From positions 80,786,001 to 80,850,000 of the forward strand of contig NC_042997.1 in assembly GCF_006345805.1 (NCBI RefSeq): a stretch of 64,000 nucleotides of DNA, written 5' to 3'. This DNA is from Octopus sinensis. Its lineage: Eukaryota. The translations under genes and the position numbers were made by a program. This document shows positions 48,575 through 60,684 of this stretch, one piece after another. The notes below the pieces were generated by a model. That model was not told where the DNA came from. It searched no databases and worked only from the letters and a program-made list of their open reading frames with translations. The stretch's first letter is position 1, and each line of letters starts with the position of its first letter.

Positions 48575-49862
48575 TACTTTCAATTTACTTGTTTGTCACA
48601 ATCACTTGCCGAGACACACCTAATATCCTACGGCAAGGGAAGGATAAGAGATGTTACAGTATGACTGAAAACTTGGGGAGAGGAAGTGGGAGGGGCAATA
48701 GCGAAATATCTTCATGTAATACAGCACAGACATTTAAATTGATAGGGTTTTTCTAAGGATGTGGGCAGTACTTGTCAGCACAATCTTTTGGATTTTTACT
48801 GATACATGGTTCTCCTGGGATGTTATCTAGATGTTTTTAACATCCCTTTTTTTATCATACCTAGAGCACCTACAATAACAGAAGCAGTTCTTGCTTTAAG
48901 ATGTCATATCGTTTGTATTTCAATTTCCAGGTCCTTATATTTATTTAATTTGTCAAATTCCTTTACAGATATATTTTTATCAGTGGGAGCATTTACATGT
49001 ATTAGTATACAAATATTTTCTTCCTGTCCTTTATGACTATGTCTGGTTGATTAGCCTGGATCATTTTGTCAGTGTTGACTGGAAAATCCCAGAGGACAGT
49101 AATATTTTTACCTTCAATGACTGGCTCAGGATGATATTCATACCAGTAAGCAGGAGTGCTGATTTTATAGTGTTTACATATTTTTCAATGTAAATACTGT
49201 CCTATCCTATCGTGGCAATTTTTGTATTCGTTTAGTGTCAGTACAGGACATCCCAAGATGAGATGGTGTATTGTTTCATCAAATGTGCCTCAGAATCTGC
49301 ATTTCAGAACTATTTTGAAGAACGTTAGTCTGGTAGTTTTTGGTAAGCAAGCTTTGATCTGGTGCTTCTAATATGAAACCTTCAGTCCTGAACTTCTCAG
49401 CCACTGATGGGTTGTAACTTGGTCAACATCAGCATTTTGACTTTGAAGTATATACTGTCCATACAGAGGCTTCACCACTCCACATTTTGTTTCTGCCTGT
49501 TCTTTTTTGTAGTCTGCTTGTTCCATTTTGCTTGACCCACAAGAAAGTTATAAATAGCTGGGGATAAACTAAGGAGATGATATACAACATGCTTCTATGA
49601 AGGAAAAAATAAGAAAGGTGTATTACAGAAGAGTAAGATTCATATTAAAATAAATTGCATCAAAGCCATTAATAGCCTAGCGCTTCCAGTAGTCCAATAC
49701 AGTTTTCACATCATTAATTGGAATCTTACAAAGCTCCAACGCCTGGACACGAAGACAAGAAAACTACTAACATCTAAGAACATGCACCACCCAAAAGCAG
49801 ACGTTGATTGTCTGTATCTACCTAGAAGTAATGGGGAAAGAGAAATGATGCAAGTAGAACTG
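48536..49862 (-). mobile_element. R4/Dong-type RLE LINE with an inverted 5' segment
   Basis: Minus 48734-49535: KPLYGQY, THQWLRSSGL, CRF*GTFDETIHHLILGC (CCHC), NQPDIVIKD, KYKDLEIEI, VIVGALG. Plus 49545-49862: YK*LG, KAINSLALPVVQYSF, HHPKADVDCLYLPRSNG. (TAA)n tail. Confidence 0.85.
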
Positions 49863-49939
49863 TGTTGTTATTATTATCATCATCATCATCATCATTATTA
49901 TTATTATGTGTCAAGTCATTTAAAAATCTTGGATGTACA

Positions 49940-50760
49940 GTAAACTTTAAGAGTACTCTTAATGAAAAAAATTAATGTAAGGATATCTAAGGCTACAAGT
50001 GCTTTTGGAAAACTTTCCCATTGTTTGTGAGATAAACATGGTGTCAGTCTGAAAACTAAAATAAATGTATACAAATCTTGCATTTTGAGCACACTTTTGT
50101 ATGGAGCAGAAGCCTGGACTCCCTACTACAGACATATAAAGAAACTTGAAACCTTTCATATGTGCTGTTTGCACAATATCTGCAACATAAAATGGTAAGA
50201 TAAGATATCAAATGTCCAAATCTTAGTAAAATGTGATATTTCCAGTATCCAAAATATGTTGCTGAGAATTCAATGCAGATGGATAGGACATGTTCGAATA
50301 AAAAAATGACTGCATTTCAAAAATTCTTTTGTATGGCCAATGAGTAGAGGAACTCCACAGTAAAGGAAAACCTGTTCTTAGGTATAAGGATAAGATGAAG
50401 TAATTACTAGAGTCTCTACAGCTTAATTTGACATTTTGGGAAAGTCATTGCCTCGATTGACCTGCATGGCATAAAAGGTGTCATGATGCATCAAAGCAAT
50501 TTAAGTTGAAGAAACAGAACAATAAAAAAGTTATATCCTGCAATCAACTGACACATTCCCAGGCAAAATAAAAATCACCAATGTCCTCATTGTGGCTTCA
50601 TAGCAAAATCCATACCTCGACTCATATTACATTCACGAATCCATTGCAAATAGATACAGCTTCTTTTATTCTTTTATTTTTAAAGTTGTATCACATTTTT
50701 TGATTTTCTCACTTATTTCTTCCTCTTCAAACACTCATACATTGAAATCAACAGGAGTGA
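49940..50760 (+). mobile_element. RTE-BovB-like LINE 3' fragment
   Basis: RISKATSAFGKL, TKINVYKSCILSTLLYGAEAWT, LETFHMCCL and RWIGHV, with a terminal C2H2-like CPHCGFIAKS...LHSRIH*. Confidence 0.85.
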
Positions 50761-51273
50761 CCATCACCACCACCACCACCACCACCACCATCACCACCAC
50801 CATCATCATCATCATCATCAAGAAGAAGAAGAAGTTATTCATAATAGCTGTTATAGTATTTTGTTTCCTTGTTAGTTGATTTTATTGTTCTATTCAGTTC
50901 ATTTAATTACTTATTTCGATGTACTGAAACTAAATTGCATTATTGATTTCTTACAAAAGTAAAGGCTGTTATATTTTTATAATGAAAATACAATGTGAAT
51001 CTGTGATGTTCATGTCTTTCTTATGGCAGATAATGAAGGGAATAAAAGTCAAATGGATACATTAGTCACAAATTCCTTTTATTTCTTTTTTTACTTGTAT
51101 TTGCTGATTAGGGGCAAAATTAAAACGCTGATTTCTTTTATCGATGTAACATTGAAAAGGAGATAAAATGTGATTGTGGAGTATTCATGCCTATCTTGTA
51201 ATATTTTAGCAATGAAACAAGTGGATATAGTGAGTGTTCACAGCTTCATTATTAAAATCAGGGCAGAAATTAT

Positions 51274-52852
51274 GACCTGTTGAGGCAAGTGAAAATCAAA
51301 TCAAATCAAAATAGATGAACATCAATGGAATTTGTATCTTTGTGGTACCAGTGCCTGTGGCACACAAGAAATCCATCCGAACGTGGCCGTAGTCAGTACC
51401 GCATCGACTGGCCATCGTGCTGTGGGCACATAACAAACACCATCCGATCGTGGCCGTTCGCCAGCCTCATCTAGCACCTGTGTCGGTGGCACATAAAAAC
51501 ACCATCCGAAGACCCGGTAAGACTAGTCAGGCCATATCCCATGGCCCCTACCTGGGACGTAGTCAGTCCACCTGTGCATACCTTCCTCCTTGTGATACTT
51601 GTGAAGGCCTGTTGAGGCAAGTGAAAATCAAAATCAAATCAAAACAAATCAAATCAAATCAAAACAAATCAAAATAGATGAACATTAATGGAATTTGTAT
51701 CTTTGTGGTACCAGTGCCGGTGGCACACAAGAAAACCATCCGAACGTGGCCGTAGCCAGTACCGCACCGACTGGCCTCCGTGCTGTGGGCACGTAACAAA
51801 CACCATCCGATCGTGGCCGTTCGCCAGCCTCATCTGGCACCTGTGTCGGTGGCACATAAAAACACCATCCGAAGACCCGGCAAGACTAGTCAGGCCATAA
51901 CCTGTGGCCCCTACCTGGGACGTAGTCAGTCCACCTGTACATACCTTCCTTCTTGTGACACTTGTGAAGACCTGTTGAGGCAAGTGAAAATCAACATCAA
52001 ATAAAATCAAATCAAAACAAATCAAAATAGATGAACATTAATGGAATTTGTATCTTTGTGGTACCAGTGCTGGTGGCACACAAGAAAACCATCCGAACGT
52101 GGCCGTAGCCAGTACCGCATCGAATGGCCTCCGTGCTGTGGGCACGTAACAAACACCATCCGATCGTGGCCGTTCGCCAGCCTCATCTGGCACCTATGTC
52201 AGTGGCACATAAAAACACCATCCGAAGATCCGGCAAGACTAGTCAGGCCATAACCCGTGGCCCTTACCTGGGACGTAGTCAGCCCACCTGTGCTTACCTT
52301 CCTTCTTGTGACACTTGTGAAGACCTGTTGAGGCAAGTGAAAATCAAAACAAATCAAAATAGATGAACATCAATGGAATTTGTATCTTTGTGGTACCAGT
52401 GCCGGTGGCACGTGGCACACAAAAAAACCATCCGAACGTGGCCGTAGCCAGTACCGCATCGACTGGCCTCCGTGCTGTGGGCACGTAACAAACACCATCC
52501 GATCATGGCCGTTTGCCAGCCTCATCTGGCACCTGTGTCGGTGGCACATAAAAACACCATCCGAGCGTGGCCGTTCGCCAGCCTCGTCTGGCACCTGTGT
52601 CGGTGGCACATAAAAAAACACCATCCGAGCATGGCCGTTTGCCAGCCTCGTCTGGCACCTGTGTCGGTGGCACATAAAATTACCCACTACACTCTCGGAG
52701 TGGTTGGCGTTAGGAAGGGCATCCAGCTGTAGAAACACTGCCAGATCTGACTGGACTGGTGCAGCTTTCGGGCTCCCCAGACCCCAGTTGAACCGTCCAA
52801 CCCATGCTAGCATGGAAAGCGGACGTTAAATGATGATGATGATGATGATGAT
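51274..52852 (+). repeat. RTE 3'UTR with four higher-order tandem units (332-363 bp), then ~40-55-bp VNTR units and a (GAT)n tail
   Basis: g(a/g)cctgttgaggcaagtgaaaatc recurs at 51274, 51606, 51969 and 52322. Confidence 0.9.
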
Positions 52853-53855
52853 TAATATTCTAACCACAATGATGAAGATGGTGATGATAATGATGATGAC
52901 AATGATGGTGGTGGTAACGGTAGTGGCAGCAGAGTTGGTGGTGATGATGGTGGTGTTCACAGTGGTGGCAGCAGCAGTTGTGTTAGCAGTGGTGGTGTTG
53001 AGGATGACAATAATAGCAATGATGATGATGAGAACAACAATGGCAACAACAGTTCTGGCAGCAATGATAATGTTGATAATGACAACTATTATAATCACTA
53101 ATTGTAAATCTATTTTACAATGCAGGAATTCCCATTTTAGAGTATGTCTTTAAAGTGATCTTGGGATTCTGTACCAAAGCTTGAATTCACAATATGTTTA
53201 CACTTTTTTGTTTCAGTTCTTCGCGAGAATTGTTCTAATTATCATATAACCCTGAAGCCCTTAAGACATGTGTTGGCATCCCAATTTTCTCCCTCTTTTC
53301 CACTTAAATTTCTATGGCTTTATCCCAATGTAAGAAACAAATGTACCTTTACCTAATTTTCAAGTAGTAATTGCATAAAATTTGTAGCAAACACTGCATA
53401 GCAAATGACAAACTCGCAAAGGAGATTTACTCATGAAAAATAAAATGGTTTTGTGAATCTTAGTATGTTTTTAGTTTTGTATTCACATAGCATGCTAGCT
53501 AGTGTAGTGAAGCCAGTCCTTATTCAAGTAACAACTCATCATCAGTAATTACCAATGGGAAAAATAAGTGAAGTAAACTGGTTTCATCAGGAATGTTACT
53601 TGTATCACAGACTAAGCTTTTTCTGCTATTTACTTTATGTTGTACTCTGTGAACAATGCAAGTTTCCATTGAACCATTTATTGGTTCAGTGTGTTTGTGA
53701 TAGTGACAGTCACAAAAGAACATCTGTGCAATGCAAACAGAACAAATACATGTATTTTTGTTTTAAAGCTTTGGCTTATTGGTTTAATTGACAATATTTT
53801 GAATCAGATGCTGAAATAAATATCAGAACAAGTTATACACTTGTCTACAAGTATA

Positions 53856-55395
53856 CAGTGGGGGGAAATAAATATTCGTACATGTCAAAAGTCTTTATTT
53901 ATCTAATTTCTAATGAACATAAATGGGATATACCAATTCTATATTTGCATACACATGCATAAACTAAGAATATGCAAAAGAAACTAATAAATTATAGTTA
54001 CTAAGGAATTTATATACAATTATAAATATTTAGGGGTGAAAAAGTATTCGTACAGAACATAAATAACTGATAATTCTGATTTAATACTTCATTGCATAAC
54101 CATTATTCAGTTCCACTTCAACTAATCTCTTCTTGTAGTTCTTAATAAATGACTTGCATGTTTCTTTAGGAATTTTTTCCCATTCTTCTTGACAAATTTT
54201 CTTCAAATCTGGAAAGCACATTGGGGCTCTTGAATGAATTTTAATTTTCAAATAACACCACAAATTTTCAATGGGGTTCAAGTCAGGTGACTGGCTTGGC
54301 CATTCTAATAATTTTATATTGTGATCGACAATCCATTTTTTGGTAGACTTCGCCATGTGCTTAGGGTCATTATCCACCCTTCACAATGCTGGGGCTTTTC
54401 TACAGAGTCCCATAAATTATTGTTCAAAATATTTTGGTACATCTCTGCATTCATTCTACCATCTATCACATGTAAATTGCCAGTATCATTTCCAGAGAAA
54501 CACCTCCACACCATGATGTTGCCACCTCCAAACTTTATGGTAGGAATTATGTTTTTCGGTGAATAGGCACTACCATCTTTCCTTCAGACATGGCTACACG
54601 AATTTCTTCTAAACAATTCAATTTTCGACTTGTCTGTCCATAGAACATTTTCCCAGAATGTATCAGGTTTATCTTTATGGTCATAAACAAATTTTAAACG
54701 GGCATCTCTATGCCTTTTAGTCAACAGCGGAGTTTTCTAGGAGAGCGTGACTTCAGTTCATTCCTATGAAGTTCATTGCTAATTGTTCATAGTGTAACAC
54801 TAGTCCCTGAAGCTAACAAATCTTCTTGCAACTCCCTTCTGGTGATCATTGCGTTTTTTTCGATTCTTCATTTTATTTCTCTTAAAGATCTAGGGGAAAT
54901 CTTCCATGGGTGCACTGGATCCTATTCTATTTTCAACAGTTCCCGATTTTTTATATCTTTGAATAAATGAAGATATGGTAGAAAATGGGGTACAAAGGGT
55001 CTCTGATATTTTCCTGTAACTTTTACCTGCTTTCCACTGTTTAATAGATTAACTAATTTAACTAATCTTATCAGTTGTCATTTTTAAGTGTCAAAATGAC
55101 AACTGATAAGATTATTGGAACAAACGAGAAAGTTCTAGTAAAAAAAATTTTATTTTAACAGTATTTTGTGGCATAGAAAATCAAAAATTTATTCTGTACG
55201 AATACTTTTTTCACCCCCTAAATATTTATGATTGTATATAAATTTCTTAGTTACTATAATTTATTAGTTTCTTTTGCATATTCTTGGTTTATGCATGTGT
55301 ATGCAAATATAGTATTGGTATATCCCATTTATGTTCATTAGAAATTAAATAAATAAAGAATTTTGACATGTACGAATATTTATTTCCCCCCACTG
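53856..55395 (-). mobile_element. Full-length Tc1 (DD34E) transposon with ~200-bp IR/DR TIRs; transposase pseudogene ~54081-55080
   Basis: TA|cagtggggggaaataaatattcgtac...gtacgaatatttatttccccccactg|TA, with inner DR gaaaaagtattcgtacagaa. Peptides VLWTDKSKIELF, GGGNIMVW, DNDPKH and [15 protein letters not shown]. Confidence 0.95.
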
Positions 55396-56944
55396 TATAT
55401 ATTAGGAGGGACATCCAGCCATAGAAATCATACCAAAGCAAACTAGAGCACAATGCAGTCCCTGGACCCATCAGAATTTGTCAAACCATTCAACTCATGC
55501 CAGCATGGGCTTTAAAAGAATATGATGTTGATGATGACACTGATACATGCGTGCTCATGGGCGTGCACACACACAAACTTTAGATTAGTTAAAATATGTT
55601 TGTGACATATTTTAACTTCTATAGGCAAATTCATTGCAGTTACTATGGAGAAAACAGATTCTCTCTTACAGTAAAGGTGTAAAAACACCAATCTGCCCAG
55701 TACTCCCCTCTAGTGGAGTCCCAGATGCATGTTTCTGGCTCTTTAGCCTTCCATAATGGAAAATACCAAATAAGAATAACTCTGAGTAGATTCAAAGCCA
55801 TAGCTTTAACTAAAAAACAGTCAGCATCAGTTACTGAGTTGTGCTAGTGGACCACCTGAGAATTTTTTTCTCAGTGAATTTTTATTCAGTAACTTCAGTG
55901 AATTTTTCTCAGTAACTTCAGTGAATTTGCCTTTAGAAGTTAAAATATATCACAAATATTTTTACTAGCTTAAAGTTAATTTATTTTTAATTGTTGTTTG
56001 GTGCTGTTACTGCTATATACATGTATATATTATCTGAAGTATACATATATACTTATCTTACCAATCAGTTTTGCATTAGAGATTCAATGGAGTGTTAGGT
56101 AAGAATCTGATTATGTAACCCTATGCTCATTAGAGGTAATCATTATGGAATGAAATATGGCGTCTATACACACACACACATACACATTTATATATATGCA
56201 TGTGTATGTGTGTGCCTGTCTGTCTATGTATATACAACAAACTTCTGCAACAGTTCTGTCTATCAAATCTCACTGAGAAAATATTGGCCAAATGATAGAA
56301 AATGCTACTTTCTGGTAGTGCCACACAGTAGGACTGAACCTAGAATCTTGTACTGATTCATACCTCCCTGCTTGCTTGCTTGTTTACTTGAGGTTTTCCA
56401 TCTTCTTTGACTCAATGCTGTCATACTTAATGTACTAACTCAATAAATTTTAACTAATTAGATTTTCACCAATAATTAGAAGAACCAATCGATATCTTAA
56501 TGAACCAAATGGTTAAGAAAGGCAAAGGAGACAACCCCAGAAACTTAAATTAATTGCGATTAATTAAAAATAGAATGTAGTAGTTAATACCAGTTCACTT
56601 AAGATTGATAATTATCTTGGGAAAGGTATGCACATTCATGCTTTCATTCTCCTTTCCTATAAATGTACATGCTTTGTGACTAAATAAAAAAACAAAGACT
56701 TTCTTTTTTTATTTAAAACATTTTCCTGTTAGTTCCAGTAGTTATTATTTAGATTTTGACATTTTGTTTATTCAAACATAAATTTGTCAAAACTGGATAT
56801 AGAATACAACATTTTATTTCAAAAGTGTGGCTATTTCAAAGAGTGAAAGCTAATCAGAACATGTGGAAACCATTTTAAAAAGTTTCTCCAGTTTGTCAAT
56901 GTGAAGAAATGAATTTTGAAAATACTAAAGGAACGAACAATAAA

Positions 56945-57143
56945 AGAATAATTTGTTCCCTCATCACCACTTGACAACTGGTATTGGTGTTTACATTCCC
57001 ATAACTTAGTGATTTGGCAAAAGAGTGTGATAGAATAAGTACTAGGCTTAAGAAATGTCCTGGGCTTGATTTGTTCAACTAAAACCCTTCAAGGCAGTGC
57101 TCTAGCATGGCCATAGTCAAATGACTGAAGTAAGAGAGCAAAA
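56945..57143 (+). mobile_element. 3' half of the OK/OR-like SINE
   Basis: aaggcagtgctctagcatggccatagtcaaatgactgaag matches the tail of the SINE at 8738-9136. Confidence 0.75.
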
Positions 57144-60100
57144 GATTAATTAATTTAAAGTTAGTTTTTAAAGAAGGTCACTTTGAAACAAATAGGCATT
57201 ATCAAGGTCTTCCCCTGATGTAAAAAGATGAAATGTATTGAAAACCAGTCGTATCCTACCTTTGCTTTCATAGGGATTATGATATATTGTGTCCTCTTAT
57301 ACAGGCTCAATATCCAAGTTTTCTTACATTACTCTTTGTCTGGAATCTTACCTTTGACCATACTGCCGAGCTTGACATACCAAAAACTAAACTCTAGATG
57401 GCATCTCTACCAAGATTTTAGAATTTCCGTTTCAGCTCTTCATCAATGTGGAATTCATTATTTAAAATGAAATAAACTATACTCTTTATATGTTTCTTTC
57501 TTTGTGCTTATTTTTATAGAACATTTTATTATCTGTTAGATGTTTCACAAAAATAAAGGAATAAATGTATTTACATGTGTTGTAAGTAGAAAGTAAAAGA
57601 ATTCAATGATATTGTTGATTAAAAGTAAAATCTGAAGATCTATTTTAAAGATATACCTAAAACTATGTCACAGCATCATCATATTTTATGATATGAACTT
57701 TTAAAAAGCTTTGTCTTAAATATTTCATAGAGTATAACTCATTTAAAGATGGAAAAAGAGGTAGAAAGAATTATTTGATGGTTGAGTGCTAAATTAACTG
57801 GAAACTGATATGTAGTTTGGGATTTTATAATGGTGAGATTTAAATCTCTCACTTAAGAAGTGTATTAATGTATAAATCTTGTTAAACAACTGAGCAGGCT
57901 ACTAATACTTAAGTTGAAATCACACAAATGTCATTAAAATGTCATTTAATGTACTCAGTAATTCAAGAGATCAGGGTAGATTTTAAAAATAATTAAATAA
58001 TAATATCATTAGAAAGTGCTATGGTTGCTACAGTTCTTAACTACAGTTTAGAGGTTCATAATTTTATATATTCCTAAAAGTACTCACTAAAACTGTAATT
58101 ACACAAAGCATATTGCTTCTGCTTCACTTAACCTATATGAAAATGAACACCAGTGGTTCAGACTTAGTAAATATTTTAGAATTAGGAAAGACATCTAACT
58201 TTTAACATACATTTGTAAAAGTATTAAATCTTTGCAAAAGTTTAGCAAAAAAATAGATGTAAAAATATTCCAGAAAAGTGAAAATTCTATTCAAGTTTAT
58301 TACTCCCCAAAATTAGCATCTGAGTACTCCAGCAGCATACAAAAACTTCTAAAAGGAGATTGTCTTTAATATTGGAGAAATGGTTAGATGGAAAGTATTG
58401 TCATGAGGAGGAAAGCAAAATGGTAATGTCAAGCAGTTTCATGAATATTGCTGACAAGCTATTTGCATTGATTGAAAAAAAATCAATCATACAATTTGTC
58501 TCTCTCAATCCTTGTATTTAAATCATGTAAAATTGCCAAATGAGATGTGTGCAATGTGTATTGAATAATGATTGCAAATGGGTGAAATAATCCTGAAAGT
58601 AGATTTCTTAAATCTCTTCTCTATAAAATATACTTTTCTCTTCTTTCAAGTGAGAAATTCTTTGGTATTTATATGTTAATCCAATAAGGAAGCACATTGT
58701 GCAAAATTTTCTTAGATCCTCCTGAACAGGAATAAGCACATAATTAGGTATCTTACCCATGGGCTGATAGTAGAATAAATTTTTCTAAAATACCCAAAGT
58801 TCATTTAGTGAGTTATATTATTTTCGTTATCATTGGTTTTATGTCTCACTCCATTAAGTGCAACATCATTAACAGTAAGTTTTTCAATACTCACAAAAGG
58901 AAATCTGAAATTTTTTGCCAATATTTGTCAAGACTAGTTTAGATTGCTTGTTTTGGACACAACAAATTCACTTAGAAATCAATTTGTCATTCTATATTCT
59001 TTGTTGTTACATAATTGCTCATATCACATCTTAAATAACTTACATGAATGGCTTCTTCAAGTTTACTGAGTCTAGCATTGTCTTATTGTCTGGAATTACC
59101 AATATTATCTTTTATGCAAGCAAATCAAACATCTAAGTTTGATACTTTATGGCATTTTCTTTAAAATTACAAGTTAAGTTAATATTAACATATTTAATGC
59201 AAGGAGCATAAAGTATATATAAAATAACTAGAAATAATTATATGATGAGGAAACAATAGTCACCAACTCATATTTTATTAATTATTTTGGCAAATATAGG
59301 AAATACTCAAAACGCATTTCAATCTAATCCCAATCAAAATAATTAAAATTATATTAGATAATGAGTTACATAAAAATTTCTCCCTTCATTAAATGCATTA
59401 ACTTTGTCTTACTTTAAATATTTCAGTCAATACATTTTTTAATATCTTTTTTTACACCCTAAATGTGACTCTGTATATTTCAATTTCTAATGTGTATTTG
59501 GTACTGTAGTTCACATACGAAGATATTGATTCACTGAATACATTGTCATAGCCAGTATTATGCTTGTAGGCAAGATATACTCAGATTGCCTCAATTTGCC
59601 TGAATACAAAAGGTTCCACTCCTACATCATAATTGTAAAGAATATCATATAATTGTAAAAACAATGCCATAATCAAAATCCTCCCACCTATGACAAAATA
59701 TAAAAAGTGTCTGGTTTCAGTATAATCTCAAAGCGTGTCAAAAACATATTTTCAATAATTTGCAAGCAGCTGTTGGGTAATTATGAAATATGGTTCTTCT
59801 TTTCTCTAATATGTACACGTATAATACCACTTTAAAGGATAATTACCACTATCAGCCCAAAATTCAGTTTATTTAAACTTATTGTATCAGCTCAGCTCTC
59901 TTTGTCATCCACTACTCTGAATATTTTGCAGTCATTGTCTCAACCAATGAATATGATTAATAAATAAGATTGAGTTCTGTAGGGTGCCTTGTCAGAATGG
60001 GTATTTGTCATTAACAGATATTATGGCTTTTCCTACAAGGAATTTACTAATTTATTTATAAAGTTCCTTTGTGTTTCAAGATCCAAATTCTCTTGTAATG

Positions 60101-60684
60101 AAGTAGTCAATATGTATGATATTTATTAAGTCTCCTGTCTAGCTGTATAATAAAGAAGATTGCTTAGCAACTGTATTGCTTCAAGTTTAATCCCATACTA
60201 TGCACCCTTGGAAAATGTGTTCAACTATTGCTTTGAGCCAACCAAAGCCTGGAAATGAAATTTGCATGATCAAAGTTGTTTGGAAGCCAGTTAGAAGGAC
60301 TTGATGGTTTTAGCAGAATATATTCTGTTGTGAGCTCTTGGACCAGGTCTCTGGACAGAAGATAATCTTTTCCCTTCCTCTCATCAGTGTTGACGGTCCT
60401 GAAAGGGAACATGGGCACTGCGCTTTCTCCTCTAAGCCATGAACAAAGAAATATAACGCCAGAAAATGCATATTAAATTGGAATTCTATAGAAATACAGT
60501 TTGGTAATTCTTCCTGTGTATCTAATAAATGCACTATTACTAGACAGTAGTTGATATCACACCTTTAATAATCAGTTCTATTATTTAGACATTACTCTGG
60601 TTAGTCTATTGTTTTTACTAGAGATCCTAATCATTCCTGGTGGTATGCTCTTTTTCTATTTTGAGTAATATAAAATGGTGCTAA

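Noticed and set aside
51274-52700. CRISPR-like array
   Set aside because: Units are homologous along their whole length with no unique spacers, the context is eukaryotic, and no cas genes are present.
53530-59250. Isolated CTGATGA or GAAAC strings at ~53540-53590, ~57215 and ~59225
   Set aside because: Stem I or stem II cannot be formed, and such short matches are expected by chance in AT-rich DNA.
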